Origin: Octopus vulgaris
Taxonomy: Eukaryota
Direction of reading: 5' to 3'
NCBI GenBank assembly: GCA_951406725.2
Contig: OX597818.1
Location: 50,406,001-50,470,000 of the forward strand
DNA length: 64,000 nucleotides
The notes below the pieces were generated by a model that saw nothing but the letters and a program-made list of their open reading frames with translations, did not search any database and was not told where the DNA came from. The position numbers and the translations under genes are program-made. Numbering within the stretch: the stretch's first letter is position 1; each line of letters opens with the position of its first letter. Of the stretch, positions 41,960-54,885 are shown piece by piece.

Positions 41960-42812
41960 GTAAGTAAAGTTTCTGTTCCGACCCCTGTTGTACTCTTTCG
42001 CCCAAACTTTCTCTCAGTCTTTCTTCCTGTTTCTTGAGCAACGCTGCGATGGACTGGCGTCCCGTCCAGCGCGGCGGGGGGGGGGGACACACATATGCCA
42101 TAGAAACCGGGAAACCGGGCCCATCAGCCTGGCTAGGCTTGAAAAGGGCGAGTACAAAATACAAAGAAAATAACAGTATTAATAAAGATAATTTCTAACA
42201 GGGACACAGGATAGAAATTTTAGGGCTGGATTAGAAGTGGATACAGTTGTTTACATATAGTAATATTTAGAGTCCCCAGAACAAAATAAATACAAACCAT
42301 ATCTCGGAGAGATTTGAATACAAAGCGTAAAGAAACGTAACTAAATTGTGTTGCTTTATTCGTTCAGTCAAAAAATCTATCTCTTATCCGTAATTCTTGT
42401 TTGAAGTTGACTACTCCAGCAGTTTGCTATTGGTTTACTCCAGAGACACAAGCATTATGAGTTAACAAAACACTCGTTAATTTACAGTACCTCTACTCTA
42501 CAACAACCAATTTTAAAAAATCCATGAAAGCTATTTATAGTGGACTGTAACAGCCAGAAGTAAGTGTATTCGTTATAAATACCACACACATATCAACATA
42601 GGTGTTGCCAGCCTTTCGCCTAATAATCCCGATGGGATCCCCTTTCACAATGGTTTAATATTTAAAATATTTTTCTGAAAGAAGAGCTGGGTGGTGTTTG
42701 GAATCTAAACGTAAATAAACGTACCTAAAACCCTCAAAATATTTTAACCGATGCCTTACACATCTTGCCGTTCACGTACCACTTAATGATATTCATTTGG
42801 TATTTCCTCCAG

Positions 42813-42906
42813 ACGAAACTCAACTCCAGATGATAAATTCGCCAGTTCAAATGTTCAAAATGTAAATGAGAACAATCATCCGTATGAAGAAATCGATGAA
42901 ACCACG
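42813..42906 (+). CDS. Cytoplasmic exon with YEEI motif (phase 2/0)
   Basis: tttcctccAG|...|GTTAGT; RNSTPDDKFASSNVQNVNENNHPYEEIDETT. Confidence 0.85.
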
Positions 42907-43197
42907 GTTAGTACTTACTCTCTTCCTCTCTCTCTCTAATGTGTGTAAGACTCTATTATCTGTTTCAGGTGGTAGGGTGTAGTTTGAAGAACGTTTAGTT
43001 ACCAAAATGATCAGACGGAACTTCACTTTAAACAATTGGCCCCTGTTTTATTACATCGAAAAAATAAAATACAATGTAGACCCAGGTGGGATTTGAACTC
43101 AAAACGTAAGGAGATATAACGAAATACTATAAGGTGACCGTTTCTACCATCCACTCATTCACACGGGTTTATATATTTTATTTTTATTTCATTACAG

Positions 43198-43377
43198 ACA
43201 ACTATTTCCTTCTGCAATAGTAGTATAGCGAATAAAAACACTTCAACAACAACAAACCCAAGAAACATCAGTGAGGAAACATATGAAGCCCTAGAAGAAG
43301 AGTCTTCTCCAAGATATGATAAACTGGCTTTTAACAAACTGGAAATTGTGAACAATGAGAACAGAAATAACTCTTAA
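43198..43377 (+). CDS. Terminal cytoplasmic exon with ITAM
   Basis: tttcattacAG|; TTISFCNSSIANKNTSTTTNPRNISEETYEALEEESSPRYDKLAFNKLEIVNNENRNNS*; AATAAA at about 43392. Confidence 0.82.
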   Translation, partial: TTISFCNSSIANKNTSTTTNPRNISEETYEALEEESSPRYDKLAFNKLEIVNNENRNNS

Positions 43378-43786
43378 TCCCGTCGTTGAAAAATAAAATC
43401 TACTGGTGATAACGATACGTTTTATAACTTAATAATTAATCAAAATCTGTTACAAGTAGCAATCTGTTACTGTTCGATAACCAAAACCTATGGATAGATG
43501 ATAACAATGCCTTGATGGTTTTCAATATAATATATCACGTGATACCATTATTGGAGTTATCTCACTTCCTTTTTGTTTTTAGATTTTTAAAATGTGAGAT
43601 TTCTTCCCTGAAGACGGGGAAATTGATTCCAACGTCAGATGAGACGAGCCCCCGTCTTCAAGGAAGAAATCCTATATTTGAGGTGTTGACAGAAGGGAGA
43701 TTAAAGGTGGAATTACGATGGAATACGACTTTTCTTCAACCCTTTAATTCTTGATATCATTTCTATTCTGTGTAAGTCGGACCTTT

Positions 43787-43850
<64 letters not shown>

Positions 43851-45331
43851 TAACACCTTGTTCAAGTGTCCTTTATCACAATTATAGACCGATCCAAGGC
43901 ACTGTAAATTAAATGGCATAGACGGGTAATCTCCATAAGATCGTCGGATGAGCTTTATCTGTTATGGAGTGGTAGACTAAATCTCGCTCATCGGTCCCTC
44001 ACCACCGCATGGTCCCTGATTGCTTTTAGCGAGGGATACCCTTTTGCAAAACATTATGTTACATTGAGATTAAACAGCAACAACTGGATTTACAGAATAA
44101 GAACTTAAATAAAACTTTATTTCTGAGAAAGATCTTTTTATTGTAGCCTCTCTTCATTGAATAACCTCCCCTCGGAAATGTTACTCTGATGCGTATTTAG
44201 TTGTTCAAAGTTATTTCCCATCTATAGGATTTATTTATCATTATCCTTTTAATCCAGATATTTATGTTCTTTTCACACATCTGATACGTATTGATCTCTT
44301 CCATGACGTTTTTTTTTTGTCTTTTTGTTAAATAAATTGAATAGCAAATGTGAATTGTAACTCATTGATTTCTAATATACGGCCAAAAATAAAGGGATAG
44401 TCGATTAAATCGTTCCAGAACTGTATTTAGTTTATTGACTCCTGACAGATGAACGACAAAGCCGATTTCGATGGTGGTACTTGAACTTAGAAAGCGAATT
44501 TAAGCAACTAAATATAGCTATACTATCGATTTTGCCAATCGTCCGTCCTTAATAATGTTAACAAATTATTTCAAAAACATGTAACATAAATGGGAGAACG
44601 TTTGAAGACAGCGCATTTTCCTTGAACAGAGAAACGGATCAGAATTCTTGCAGGAAAATAAACTTCGTTGACGGCAACTAAAAGCCGAAAAGTGGCGTTG
44701 ATATTATTATTTAGATTCAGACCAATACTAATCAATTATATCTAGGATGAACGATATTCCAGTCTTAATTATCTTACCTTTTCGTATAACCAGGGCTACA
44801 TATTCTAATCTTATGACTGTAGGATGCAATCAAGGTGCGAAATTCGATGCTTTCTTCCAGCAGAACAGCTTGTTCGGGCTACATCAGCACTAACAAAGAA
44901 AAAATATTGTAAACAAGTTGGCAAGACACACTTGAAACCAAATTTATATTCAACCAAGAAGAACTGTAAAATAAAATCAGGAAATGAAAATTTCTTATTC
45001 TAAAAATACTAGAAACAAAATCTGATGAATCTACGAAATGGTAATAAAATACAGAGAAAAATATATTCGAGATACACAAGAATATTGAATTCTACCAATT
45101 ACACATTGTCACTCATTTCAGAGATGGAACGTGGATCGATTCCAGTTCTTGACTGATACTACTTATTTTATCCACCTCGGAGGAACGTGTAGGAAATACG
45201 ATCGTATTTGGAGGTTGGCGACATAGGTAAGTCACACGGTCGTATCCCTAACGAAATAAGATTAGCCATAAATACAATTTATACAATGCAGTGCCAACAG
45301 AATATAGATGAAAGACGACAAGCCGTTCCAC

Positions 45332-46148
45332 TGTTTGAGAGAAGATAAGATTTTATTTACAAGGTGTTAAGATTAGAGGGTTGTGAGTGCTAGCAAGTGT
45401 TGTGTATGTGTGCATGCAACAAGTGTTTGTGTCTGTGTGTTCGTGTGTGTGACAGATACAAATAAGGGTGAATGCGTGTGACACAGAAAGTACAGAGCAT
45501 AGAGTTAATGATGGAGATTGGTTTACAGTTCATAAGGTACACGATATGTAAGAGTTCCATATAAAGATGTGTCTCGGGCAGAGACCGGTTGGCGAATATT
45601 GTCGAGCCGCGGCTGTGGTCTCAATCACCGAGCTGGTTCTCCTAATATAGAATTCTTCAGATGGACTGTTTTACTTGGTGAAGGGATTCATTCTATCAGC
45701 GTGAGTCTGTGAAGTTGGTGTATACATATCTAAAGTGGACGATGGTAGAGACGACTTGAAGTTGGTACAATAATGGTGACGACGGCGGCGGAGATAGAAG
45801 GCGTTCTGCGGTGCTGGTGTATGTTAGAGTCGTCGGTGGTTGTAGCAGGAGCAATCGTCTGTCGCTGGAACTGGAACATGTTGAGTAGCTCTGTGGTCAG
45901 TGACTAGACCTTAGAAGGTCAGGAGTCAAAGACCAAGTATACTGAGAAGAATCCTTTATACACAAGAAAGGTGGCTCAACAAAGCCTAGGAAAATTGGAC
46001 ATTAACCAAAGGCCGTGATTGGTTGGCTTTGGACAGAGACCAATCTCGCCATATGTCAACCAATCAGGTCAGTGGACACAACAGGAACAACTCAGCCAAA
46101 GATGGCTGTAATCTCAAACGAGATCATTCCTGCCGTGTCTCTCAAACA
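45332..46148 (-). mobile_element. Solo-LTR-like element (second copy at 59250-60082 on +)
   Basis: TGTTTGAGAGA...TCTCTCAAACA termini, TATAAA and a 3' AATAAA; no TSD seen. Confidence 0.55.
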
Positions 46149-46834
46149 GTGAGGATGTCAGATACCGCTACAAACGAAAATAAAGCTCATTTTGGCGAAA
46201 TTTGAACCCGGAAAGTAAAGAAAATACCAGAAAGTATTTTGCATGCAACTCTACAGATTCTACAATCAACCTAATTCAGTAATATTCCATATAAATACTT
46301 CTAAAATAATAGATAAATGCATCTAAAGTATTTCTAATGATTGACCATTTTTTTTACATACCAGCGGGAGACTAATTGTAAACTAACAATAATCGCGAGA
46401 AGAATAATTCTGTTATACGGTTCTCTGGTCTAATTGTGTAATTTTGCTCTAAAATGCCAAGAACAATCCTGGAAACAAGCATTATCTAGAAATTTTAAAA
46501 AAGTAAAATTTGGTTTTAAGAGCGGAACATTCTATACGATTGTAATCATTAAATAAATACCTTTCATCTAGTAACATCACGATTCCTGTTTTATTTTTAA
46601 TTGAGTTTCAATGAGTTATTCTATTTCATTTTGTCCCTTCTTCTGCACGTCAGTCTGATACTGTCACCATGAGTTGAACCGAACCAGCTACAGTTATTTC
46701 GATAAACGTTTCAACTTAGATCAGATATCATATTTATTTACTGCTATTTAAGCAATGTTGTTGATTTAGATACAAAGTTCAATGCTTACAGAGACCAAGA
46801 TTTTTATATAAATAAATATTCCACAAATATCCTT

Positions 46835-47372
46835 ACTTACTTGTACTTGTAACGGCGTTTACCCAGGGCGGGTTGAGCCGGCTTCTTCTCTGGTCCTGAC
46901 GGCTGCACGAACCACGCTCGACGGTCCTGTGCGAGGTCAATGGAGATAGCCAGCCATTCGCGGTTCCATCAGCGCAGACCGACCACCTGCGGACCTGAGA
47001 GTTCGGAGATATCCTCCTTTATCGTCGTTGCCCAGGTCTTCAGCTGCCGGCCCGTGCGTTTGCGCCAGTTGGGAAGTGGAGTTGGGAGGAGGACATCGCG
47101 AATCAGCTCACCTTCTGGACACCGGACCGCATGACCGAACCACCTTAAGCGCCGTTGTAGAAGCACCGAAGGGAGAAGCCGGAGATTCAGGCGATGACGA
47201 AGACCGGCTGTAGGAACCCGATCAATGCGTCGGCAGCGAAGATTGCGGCGGAGACAATCATTGTCGAACACCTCCAGCCTTCGCTGATCTATTCCCCTCA
47301 TAGGCCATGTTTCACAACTACAGAGGAGGATAGTACGACCGACAGCCTGATAGATTCGCCCTTTGGTCACTG
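46835..47372 (-). mobile_element. RTE-clade LINE 3' end
   Basis: RTILLCSCETWP...RRLEVFDNDCLRR...RRLRWFGH; (CAAGTA)n-like tail. Confidence 0.85.
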
Positions 47373-48429
47373 CGGAGATCTCTCTTCTGTCCTACAAGCA
47401 CAAAAATCCTACATAAATATGACTCAATAATTTGGCGGATCAGTTTTCAATTTAATCCGTTACATGACAAAAATATTGGAATATACATGACAAACACAGG
47501 ATAAGGCGTACAGGTCGCAACACAGCATCTCATTCTATTATTCACCACACCAGGTAATGATGCAGAGAATGATCTTCGTATGAATAGAACATCTTGAAGA
47601 TATACATCTTAGATATTTATGGCTCGCACCTAGTAGTTCGATCAACTACCCTCATAACATATCTCTGCTCGATTATATTTGAGGAATGACAGCACCACCA
47701 ATAGTCATACAAAATATAAAATGGACAGCATTGGGTACATGCCTAACCAGTCGGACTGCATGTCGTAATATGCAATTCTATTCAGTTAGGCTGTCAGTTA
47801 TGGTATATCTGGAACTACAAATCTGTAAATTGCACCTCGTCATTCGCGACTCGACTATTTCCGCACCAAATGACTTCTTGGTCATCATCAACTTGATGTT
47901 TGTCAACGAAAAAGCCCGTATATGATCAACTGAATTATCAGATATAACATCCAAATCAGCCCTAAATTACACTCTACCACCTCGAAAAAGAAAGGGCATA
48001 TTTTGAAATGTAAAGTGGCACAGAATTGTTCTTCGTTAAAAGCATATCCATTTAAATAAAGCACGATTACATTTCTCTTGGAAAGTTATTTTTCGTGTAA
48101 GAAAATAAAAATTGTTTTCCTAAGCGTTCATAACAGCCCGGTGTCAAGTGCATTATACGATAGACAGGCGTTAAATAGTAACAACATGATTCAATGGTGT
48201 GATTTAAAAGACATACATCCCATTCTGATATATTAAAGGAAGACACATGATTAAGTAAACATGAAAATAGTTTTATTTCATTGGGAAACTCTTATTGGAC
48301 ATAATATATTACTTTCCCACTTGATCTACAACATTAACTATTGAGTGTAAGCATGACTATTTCACAGAATTGCCTGCGATAGATGCTAGTTCATGCTGTG
48401 GGCCCAAGTGCTTTTCTTTTCTTTTCTTT

Positions 48430-48942
48430 TCTCTTTGCACTTTTTCCTTGTTGTAGTTTTTGTTTTGGTTTTTGTTGTTTTTTGCTGTTGGGCAATCACA
48501 TCTTAGGTGTTCCTCGCTGCCACACAAGTAACAACGATGCCTACTACCCTCTACCACCACGCAATGGTTATTGCCGTCGGGCTGCTCAATTTGGTGTGGA
48601 ATGCTATTGATTTGGTTTTGATCTATTTGCATCTATAACTGAATCATTTTCCCCGACCATTTCTCTTGCTCCAAGGCGGCAAATTCGAGATGTTTATGTT
48701 CTCCTCCATGTTGTAGCAAATGGCTAACAACAGCCATTGTGACTCTATTGCTGGAGGGACACTTTTTATCGAAAATTTTGTCAGACGTTGACCAAGGTAG
48801 GTCGGAATTAAAATCAGTTTTTCCGACTGTAAGGCGAGCGTCGAAAGTTCTTTCGCTTTTTCTTCGCTGTCGAAGCGAACCTGTACTGTGGCATATTTGT
48901 TCCACCAATTTACATGTTTTTTCCATGCCCATATCGGGCGTA

Positions 48943-48946
<4 letters not shown>
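48430..48946 (-). mobile_element. Tx1 ORF1 fragment, same family as 683-1205
   Basis: Shared translation MAVVSHLLQHGGEHK and CYLCGSEEHLRCDC. Confidence 0.88.
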
Positions 48947-48992
<46 letters not shown>

Positions 48993-49020
48993 AGAAAAAA
49001 GCAACAAAAATGGATCAATA

Positions 49021-49110
49021 TTTCGGTACAATTGTTTCGTACGAAGACCAGCTTTATTAAGACTGCAAATATTGCAGTAAATATAAGTGACCCGTACTCA
49101 TCAGCCGAAA
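49021..49110 (-). ncRNA. Type I hammerhead ribozyme (inverted copy of 50265-50354)
   Basis: Reverse complement of 50265-50354. Confidence 0.8.
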
Positions 49111-50264
49111 AAACATCTGAGTTCTCCAAACATCTAAGGGGGTGATGTTACACTCCTGAAACCTCAGGGATAGTTCTATAAAAATAAGATTTAGGTAACA
49201 AACGGACGTCTAAAAGTTCTTTAATGTTGCACAGTCATATAACAGGTTTTAAAAAAGTACTTTAAAAAACCTCTTAGTTTCCCAGAAAATGAAAATGTAA
49301 ATCCATCCATATTGAAGTAAGTTTAATTTCTGGAGATATGAGGAGAGATTTCATACTCACAGAAGATGCATTTATCCATAATTAGTCCATAATAAAGTGT
49401 GTTTCCTGATGTGTGATGATATACTGGTTACATTTCTGAGAATTTCTCAAAACTGCTATGTTAGAATTCTATTTGTTGAAGGAGAGTTAGCGGAGCGTAG
49501 AGACAATCACTCACATAGGGTATATTGGGGTAACTGAGAGTGGAAGGGGATGTAAATATCCAACTACGCAGAATAGTTTATTTCAGTGGAGACAAACTGA
49601 CTGATTCAGAATTTGCAAGAATCTAAGTGCTTTAAGGAGGAATGCTAATCTTGACCAGTATACCGTCGTTAATTGCTATATAAAGAGGATATGGGAAGGT
49701 AAAAGCGGGTCAAAGGTTATCACTATAGGAAAAAAAACATTAACAGATTTCAGTGCAACACTAGAAAGGAGGTCTAAAATGTTAATGTTACTACTTATAC
49801 ATTGGCAGACTTTGGGACTACATTTAGGGGTCAAAAGAAAGGATTGAGAGTATTGTTTTTCATAATGAAAAATCGTTATATTATTTTTATGGGATTAGCA
49901 ATATTTACTAGTAGTAAATAAAAGAATTACGAAATTAACTTATTTGCTTTAAGTTGGTTTACCTAAATTAGATTAAAAATTAGATAAAATTAATTATGGA
50001 TAAATGCATCTTCTGTGAGTATGAAATCTCTCCTCATATCTCCAGAAATCAAACTTACTTCAATATGGATGGATTTACATTTTCATTTTCTGGGAAACTA
50101 AGAGGTTTTTTAAAATACTTTTTAAAAACCTGTTATATGACTGTGCAACATTAAAGAACTTTTAGAAGTCCGTTTGTTACCTAAATCTTATTTTTATAGA
50201 ACTATCCCTGATGTTTCAGGAGTGTAACATCACCCCCTTAGATGTTTGGAGAACTCAGATGTTT

Positions 50265-50354
50265 TTTCGGCTGATGAGTACGGGTCACTTATATTTACTG
50301 CAATATTTGCAGTCTTAATAAAGCTGGTCTTCGTACGAAACAATTGTACCGAAA
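50265..50354 (+). ncRNA. Type I hammerhead ribozyme
   Basis: tttcgg-CTGATGA-gtacg...cgtac-GAAA-caattg-TA-ccgaaa; predicted cleavage after GUA (50348). Confidence 0.85.
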
Positions 50355-50584
50355 TATTGATCCATTTTTGTTGCTTTTTTCCTGTTTATAATCACCCCGC
50401 ATTATCTTATGGTTAATACCATATAGATTTCTGGTGCATCTAAGTTAAGTACCGCATTCATGTGAATTCAACAGAACTCACTTGAATCTTAATTGCTTTT
50501 ACCGGCGAGAAAAATAACTTTAACCTCAAAACCTGTAGAAATCCTCCGTCCAACCCAGCTCTTGCCAAGTTTGAACAGGACCTG

Positions 50585-52906
50585 ATGAAATTAATCAAAC
50601 GCCTGAAATTTTCAAAATACACCAATCCATTCCAGAAGATTCTATCTCAGAAGATTTCGTCTATGAAATCGTCTCCCGACCCACATGTATTGTCGGATAA
50701 AACTGGGAACATTTACTCTATACCACCAGATTTATATGATGAATTGATTTTAAAAGAACTTAAATCTGGCTATAAACATGCAGGTAAAAATGCTATAAAT
50801 AAGATTAATGCCAACCATTTGAAAATAATATCTGGTTTGGGCCTGCTTGATAGAACCCAACCTTATGATCCAAATACTCCCCATGCTTTATTGAAGGACC
50901 ATAAGCCTGACTTTCTATCTAATCCTTCGATTAGATTGATATGTCCGACAAAATCTGATTTGGGCAGAATCAGTAAATTCATTATCGATAGCATTATCCC
51001 AACTGTGAGGGATAAGGTCGAACTTCCCTTATGGAAAGGAACGGAGGATGTAATACTTTGGTTTAACTCTATCAGAGATAAACCTAAGCTCAGCTTTATA
51101 CAATTCGACATTTCGAATTACTATAGGTCTATAAGCCCTATTTTGCTAAACAAAGCCTTAATCTTCGCAAGAAGATTTGTTGAGATATCTAAGTCGGATT
51201 TAGAGGTAATTTTAACGGCAAGAGAAACACTTGTCTCCTATAATGAGAGTGAATGGCAAAGAGCCGACTCAGAAAATTTCTTTGATATTACCATGGGGTC
51301 ATCAGATTCTGCGCAGGTGACTGACTTGGTTGGCCTGTATCTACTCTCGGAAGCTAGGAAAAGCTTCCCTAACCTTACTGGTGGATTATATAGGGATGAT
51401 GCCCTCTTTGCCGTGCAGGGCCTCTCTAAGACCGAATTGAACAGATTAAAGAAGTCGTTGAGAAGCTTTTTGAAAGATTTTTTAAATCTTGATATCATCT
51501 ACGACAGTAACTCTAGGGTAGTAAACTTCTTGGACGTTACCTTGTGTCTTAATACCGGTCTATACTATCCCTTTCGTAAGACTAATAAATCGATAGCATA
51601 TATCAATGTGTCATCCAATCATCCGAAATCCACAATAGATAGTATCATAACTGCGATTTCAACTAGAATATCCAATTTATCTGCGAACGAAGAGATTTTT
51701 GAGCAACATGCACCAGTGTATAATAATGCCCTAAGTTTAAGTGGTTTCAAGTCTAAAATATTCTATATCCTTAATACTAGACTAAAAAACAGGATGGCTG
51801 GTTTGCCAATTGAGCAAGTTGCAATTACTACAGATAAATACAATAATAAATACTGTAATAATAATAAGTTTTTGAATAATAATTATAATAATAATAATAC
51901 GTCTAGGAATAATAAAAGGCCTTTAAATAATAATAATATGTTTAGGGATAACAGCAGTAAGGGTAGGTATAAGGAAATTAAAAATCCTGATAAGAAGTTA
52001 AACAAAACAGGAAGCTCACGGCCTAGAATAAGGGAAGTTATTTGGTTCGCTCCCCCTTTCTCCCTTAGAGTAAGGAATTTACCAAAACTATTTTTTAAGA
52101 TTCTGAAGGAGAACTTCCCAAAGGACCACAAATATTATAGCATCTGCAATAAGTCGACAATAAAATTCTCCTATTCTGTAATGCCTAACTTTGCTTCCAT
52201 CATTGCTTCAATCAATAGAAGCAAGCTTACTAGGTGGAACGACAGAAAAAGTTCCTTTGAGGATGACCAAGGAAATGTGGTTGATAATCCTGTAAAGCTG
52301 AGTACCAAAGCTATAAATGGTCTACCTTTACTGGACTCATCGAACCCATGTAATAAGGGTAGTTTAGAGGGAAGGAATGAGCGAAACCCGTCTGGAACTG
52401 GAGATAAAATAAGTAAAGATAATAATAGGAAAAAAATTAGGAAAGGCCCCGAAAAGACATGTAACTGTAGGAAACCCAAATTATGTCCTTTGGATGGTTC
52501 ATGTCTGGTTACCAACGTAATATATAAATGTGTAGTTAGGGATGTAGATAATCTAAACAAATTTTATATAGGTAGTACGATGGATTTTAAGGCGCGATAT
52601 AGGTCACACATGAGCTCTTTTACTAACGAAAAATACTTTAACTCAACTACACTTGCATCGCATATACACAACCTGAGAAAGAACAATAAGAATTATTTCC
52701 TAGAATGGTCCATCATTTCTAAAATCCCAAACTTTAAGAGAAATATCAGCAAGTGTAGGCTATGCATAAGGGAATCACTTACCATCCTTAGGTGTTATGG
52801 ACCGCACATTCTGAATAAATTTACGGACGTGATCCCCTTTTGCGTACATAAATTTTCTTCTACATTCCTGAAAATCTACAGGAATAAAATAAATTGTAGT
52901 AAGTAA
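50585..52906 (+). CDS. Penelope-like element RT + GIY-YIG endonuclease (Naiad/Chlamys-type)
   Basis: 773-aa ORF: SDKTGN, FIQFDISNYY, MGSSDSA, LYRDD, NFLDVTL, SNHP; linker CNCRKPKLCPLDGSC; VIYK...FYIGST..FKARY; CRLC...LN...CVH. Confidence 0.92.
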   Translation: MKLIKRLKFSKYTNPFQKILSQKISSMKSSPDPHVLSDKTGNIYSIPPDLYDELILKELKSGYKHAGKNAINKINANHLKIISGLGLLDRTQPYDPNTPHALLKDHKPDFLSNPSIRLICPTKSDLGRISKFIIDSIIPTVRDKVELPLWKGTEDVILWFNSIRDKPKLSFIQFDISNYYRSISPILLNKALIFARRFVEISKSDLEVILTARETLVSYNESEWQRADSENFFDITMGSSDSAQVTDLVGLYLLSEARKSFPNLTGGLYRDDALFAVQGLSKTELNRLKKSLRSFLKDFLNLDIIYDSNSRVVNFLDVTLCLNTGLYYPFRKTNKSIAYINVSSNHPKSTIDSIITAISTRISNLSANEEIFEQHAPVYNNALSLSGFKSKIFYILNTRLKNRMAGLPIEQVAITTDKYNNKYCNNNKFLNNNYNNNNTSRNNKRPLNNNNMFRDNSSKGRYKEIKNPDKKLNKTGSSRPRIREVIWFAPPFSLRVRNLPKLFFKILKENFPKDHKYYSICNKSTIKFSYSVMPNFASIIASINRSKLTRWNDRKSSFEDDQGNVVDNPVKLSTKAINGLPLLDSSNPCNKGSLEGRNERNPSGTGDKISKDNNRKKIRKGPEKTCNCRKPKLCPLDGSCLVTNVIYKCVVRDVDNLNKFYIGSTMDFKARYRSHMSSFTNEKYFNSTTLASHIHNLRKNNKNYFLEWSIISKIPNFKRNISKCRLCIRESLTILRCYGPHILNKFTDVIPFCVHKFSSTFLKIYRNKINCSK

Positions 52907-53345
52907 TGGATTTACGAAAAGATAAGTTGTAAAAAAATAAATAAAAATAACTGGTTTAGATATTGCAGGATTTGAAACCTCGAAGGCTCAATTTAATTTA
53001 ATTTAATTTTAACCCAATTAATTCAGTTTAATTTAGTTAAGTAAACCCATTCTTTTTGAGTATATAGAAAGTAAATAAATTGAAAAATAAAAGTATTTAA
53101 GTTTTGCAGGATTTGAAACCACGGAGGCTCTTTTTAAGTCAATTTGGTTCAATTTTAATTAATTGGAATTAATTTGATTTGAAATTTTTTTTTTTTACCG
53201 CTTCCTCTACTGCTTTAAAAGAAAAAAAATTCTTCACTGCTTTGTCCTTTGGGTTATCCGTGCATGAATACCAAAGTGGGAAAGCAAACAACACCGTACG
53301 GGCCTGGTGCGTGATGGCTATCTTTGCGTTTATATACATGTTTTT

Positions 53346-53422
53346 TCCCCTGACGAAGGAGGTATTATCGAAATGCACCCTAGTGCTTTAAACATAATAC
53401 ACCCCTGAAATGGCCATAGGGA
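53346..53422 (+). ncRNA. Type I hammerhead ribozyme in the PLE 3' region
   Basis: tccc-CTGACGA-agg...cct-GAAA-tggcca-TA-ggga, with an extended stem II (gtattat/ataatac). Confidence 0.8.
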
Positions 53423-53951
53423 TAAGTAAACATGATTTCCTTCTTATATATAAGGCTTATTTTACCGATTAAGATTTCTAAACGATGAACCTTATTTTAC
53501 TTTATTTACACGATATATATATATATTATATTTTTATATGCTCCTATATGTATATATATTTATATATGTTTTATATATTTTTATATGCCTATATTTTTAT
53601 ATACCTATATATTTTTATATATTACTTATATTATATTTTACTTTCTACGTCCTTTTATAAATGTATTCTCTTTGAATCGCTAGAATATTAATTCTAAGTT
53701 TTAATGATAAGAATTTTTCTCGCACCATACCATATTATTATTATTACGTGCTGTACATATGAATTTTGTTCCATCTTGCGGGTTATATGTTTATTCTATA
53801 ATTAAATGTTCGAATTATGAAATGACATGCGGTTGACTTTGTATTTGCTTGTTCAATGATTCTAGTTTGATATTTTTGTCTCTTCCAATAGAGCACTTCT
53901 ATTGCAGTCCTATTAAACCTTTTTTTGTTCCTGACAAGAAACAATTATTGT

Positions 53952-54005
<54 letters not shown>

Positions 54006-54009
54006 TGTA

Positions 54010-54410
54010 GTAGTCAACCGTCGATTTCGAAAGGCCATGGATCTCCAGCCGAAGAAATTGTGTCAGCTGCTGATGGTTGCTTAGCGTCTGCTGTGGCTGT
54101 AGCAGCTCGCACGAGAGTGACACTCACTCATACAGTGACTACATTTGAAGAAGCTCTCTGTCGGCGCTACTGTTTTTTTTTTTTCTTTCTGTCGAGTACG
54201 CTTTTCTTTGGAGGCGCTCCTCACTTCATCCACTTTCGCAGTATTTGTCTCCAGCCTGGGCGATCATTTGCTACCTCCTCCCATCTCAGATCAAGCGACT
54301 TCATATCTCTCTCGCAGACGTCCTTGAAACGAAGATGAGGTCGTCTTCGTGATCTTGTGTCGGTGGCCAATTCCCTATATAGGAGATCTTTTGATGTCCT
54401 GTCGTCCGAT
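54010..54410 (-). mobile_element. RTE-clade LINE 3' fragment
   Basis: KDLLYRELA...RPHLRFKDVCERDMK...WEEVANDRPGWR. Confidence 0.75.
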
Positions 54411-54554
54411 ACGTGTATGTATGTATGTATGTATGTATGTATGGAGGAATTTACGTTACTTTTACACAAATGCGCAAGCATCCATGTACACACACACACA
54501 CACACATGTTTTATTATTTTTTATATAAGTATATATTCATATCAAACTCTGTCA

Positions 54555-54885
54555 CTGACAAATACAAACGTCAGTCAACATCAACACTTCTTTTTACGAC
54601 TCCTCACCATGATGGGCAGAACACAAGTTCTCTGCAAAATCTTCGATTAAAACTTATGAAGGATTGCCACACTCTTAGACAGACATGTTTTATACTTGGA
54701 CTACCGAAAAATGATGCCCAGTAATACAAACGTCAGTTAACATAAGCACTTCTTTTTATGACACCTCTACAAAAAGATCAGAGCACAAGCTCTCAGCAAG
54801 ATCTTCGAATAAAACTGATGAAGGCTCGCCACACTTAGAGATAGAAATATTTTATACTTGGACTACTGAAGAATGATACCCTGTA
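54555..54885. repeat. Diverged tandem duplication of an about 163-bp unit
   Basis: AATACAAACGTCAGT at about 54561 and 54723. Confidence 0.75.

Larger units (their letters stand above)
42526..48425 (+). repeat. Left arm of a large inverted duplication
   Basis: Reverse complement of 55925-64000 apart from two indel blocks; 42526 pairs with 64000. Confidence 0.95.
48991..50383. repeat. Inverted pseudo-LTR pair (48991-49384 vs 49993-50383)
   Basis: About 390-bp near-identical inverted repeat; each arm has a hammerhead. Confidence 0.9.

Noticed and set aside
43155-43355. Hydrophobic 66-aa ORF on the minus strand and its copy at 62064-62264
   Set aside because: Antisense shadow of the ITAM exon; splice sites and phases support the opposite strand.
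50585-52906. Selenoprotein-type Naiad (in-frame UGA at Cys positions)
   Set aside because: No UGA inside the ORF and the motif cysteines use TGT/TGC; the upstream TGA at 50483 looks more like a mutated Trp codon or junction sequence. No SECIS search was run.
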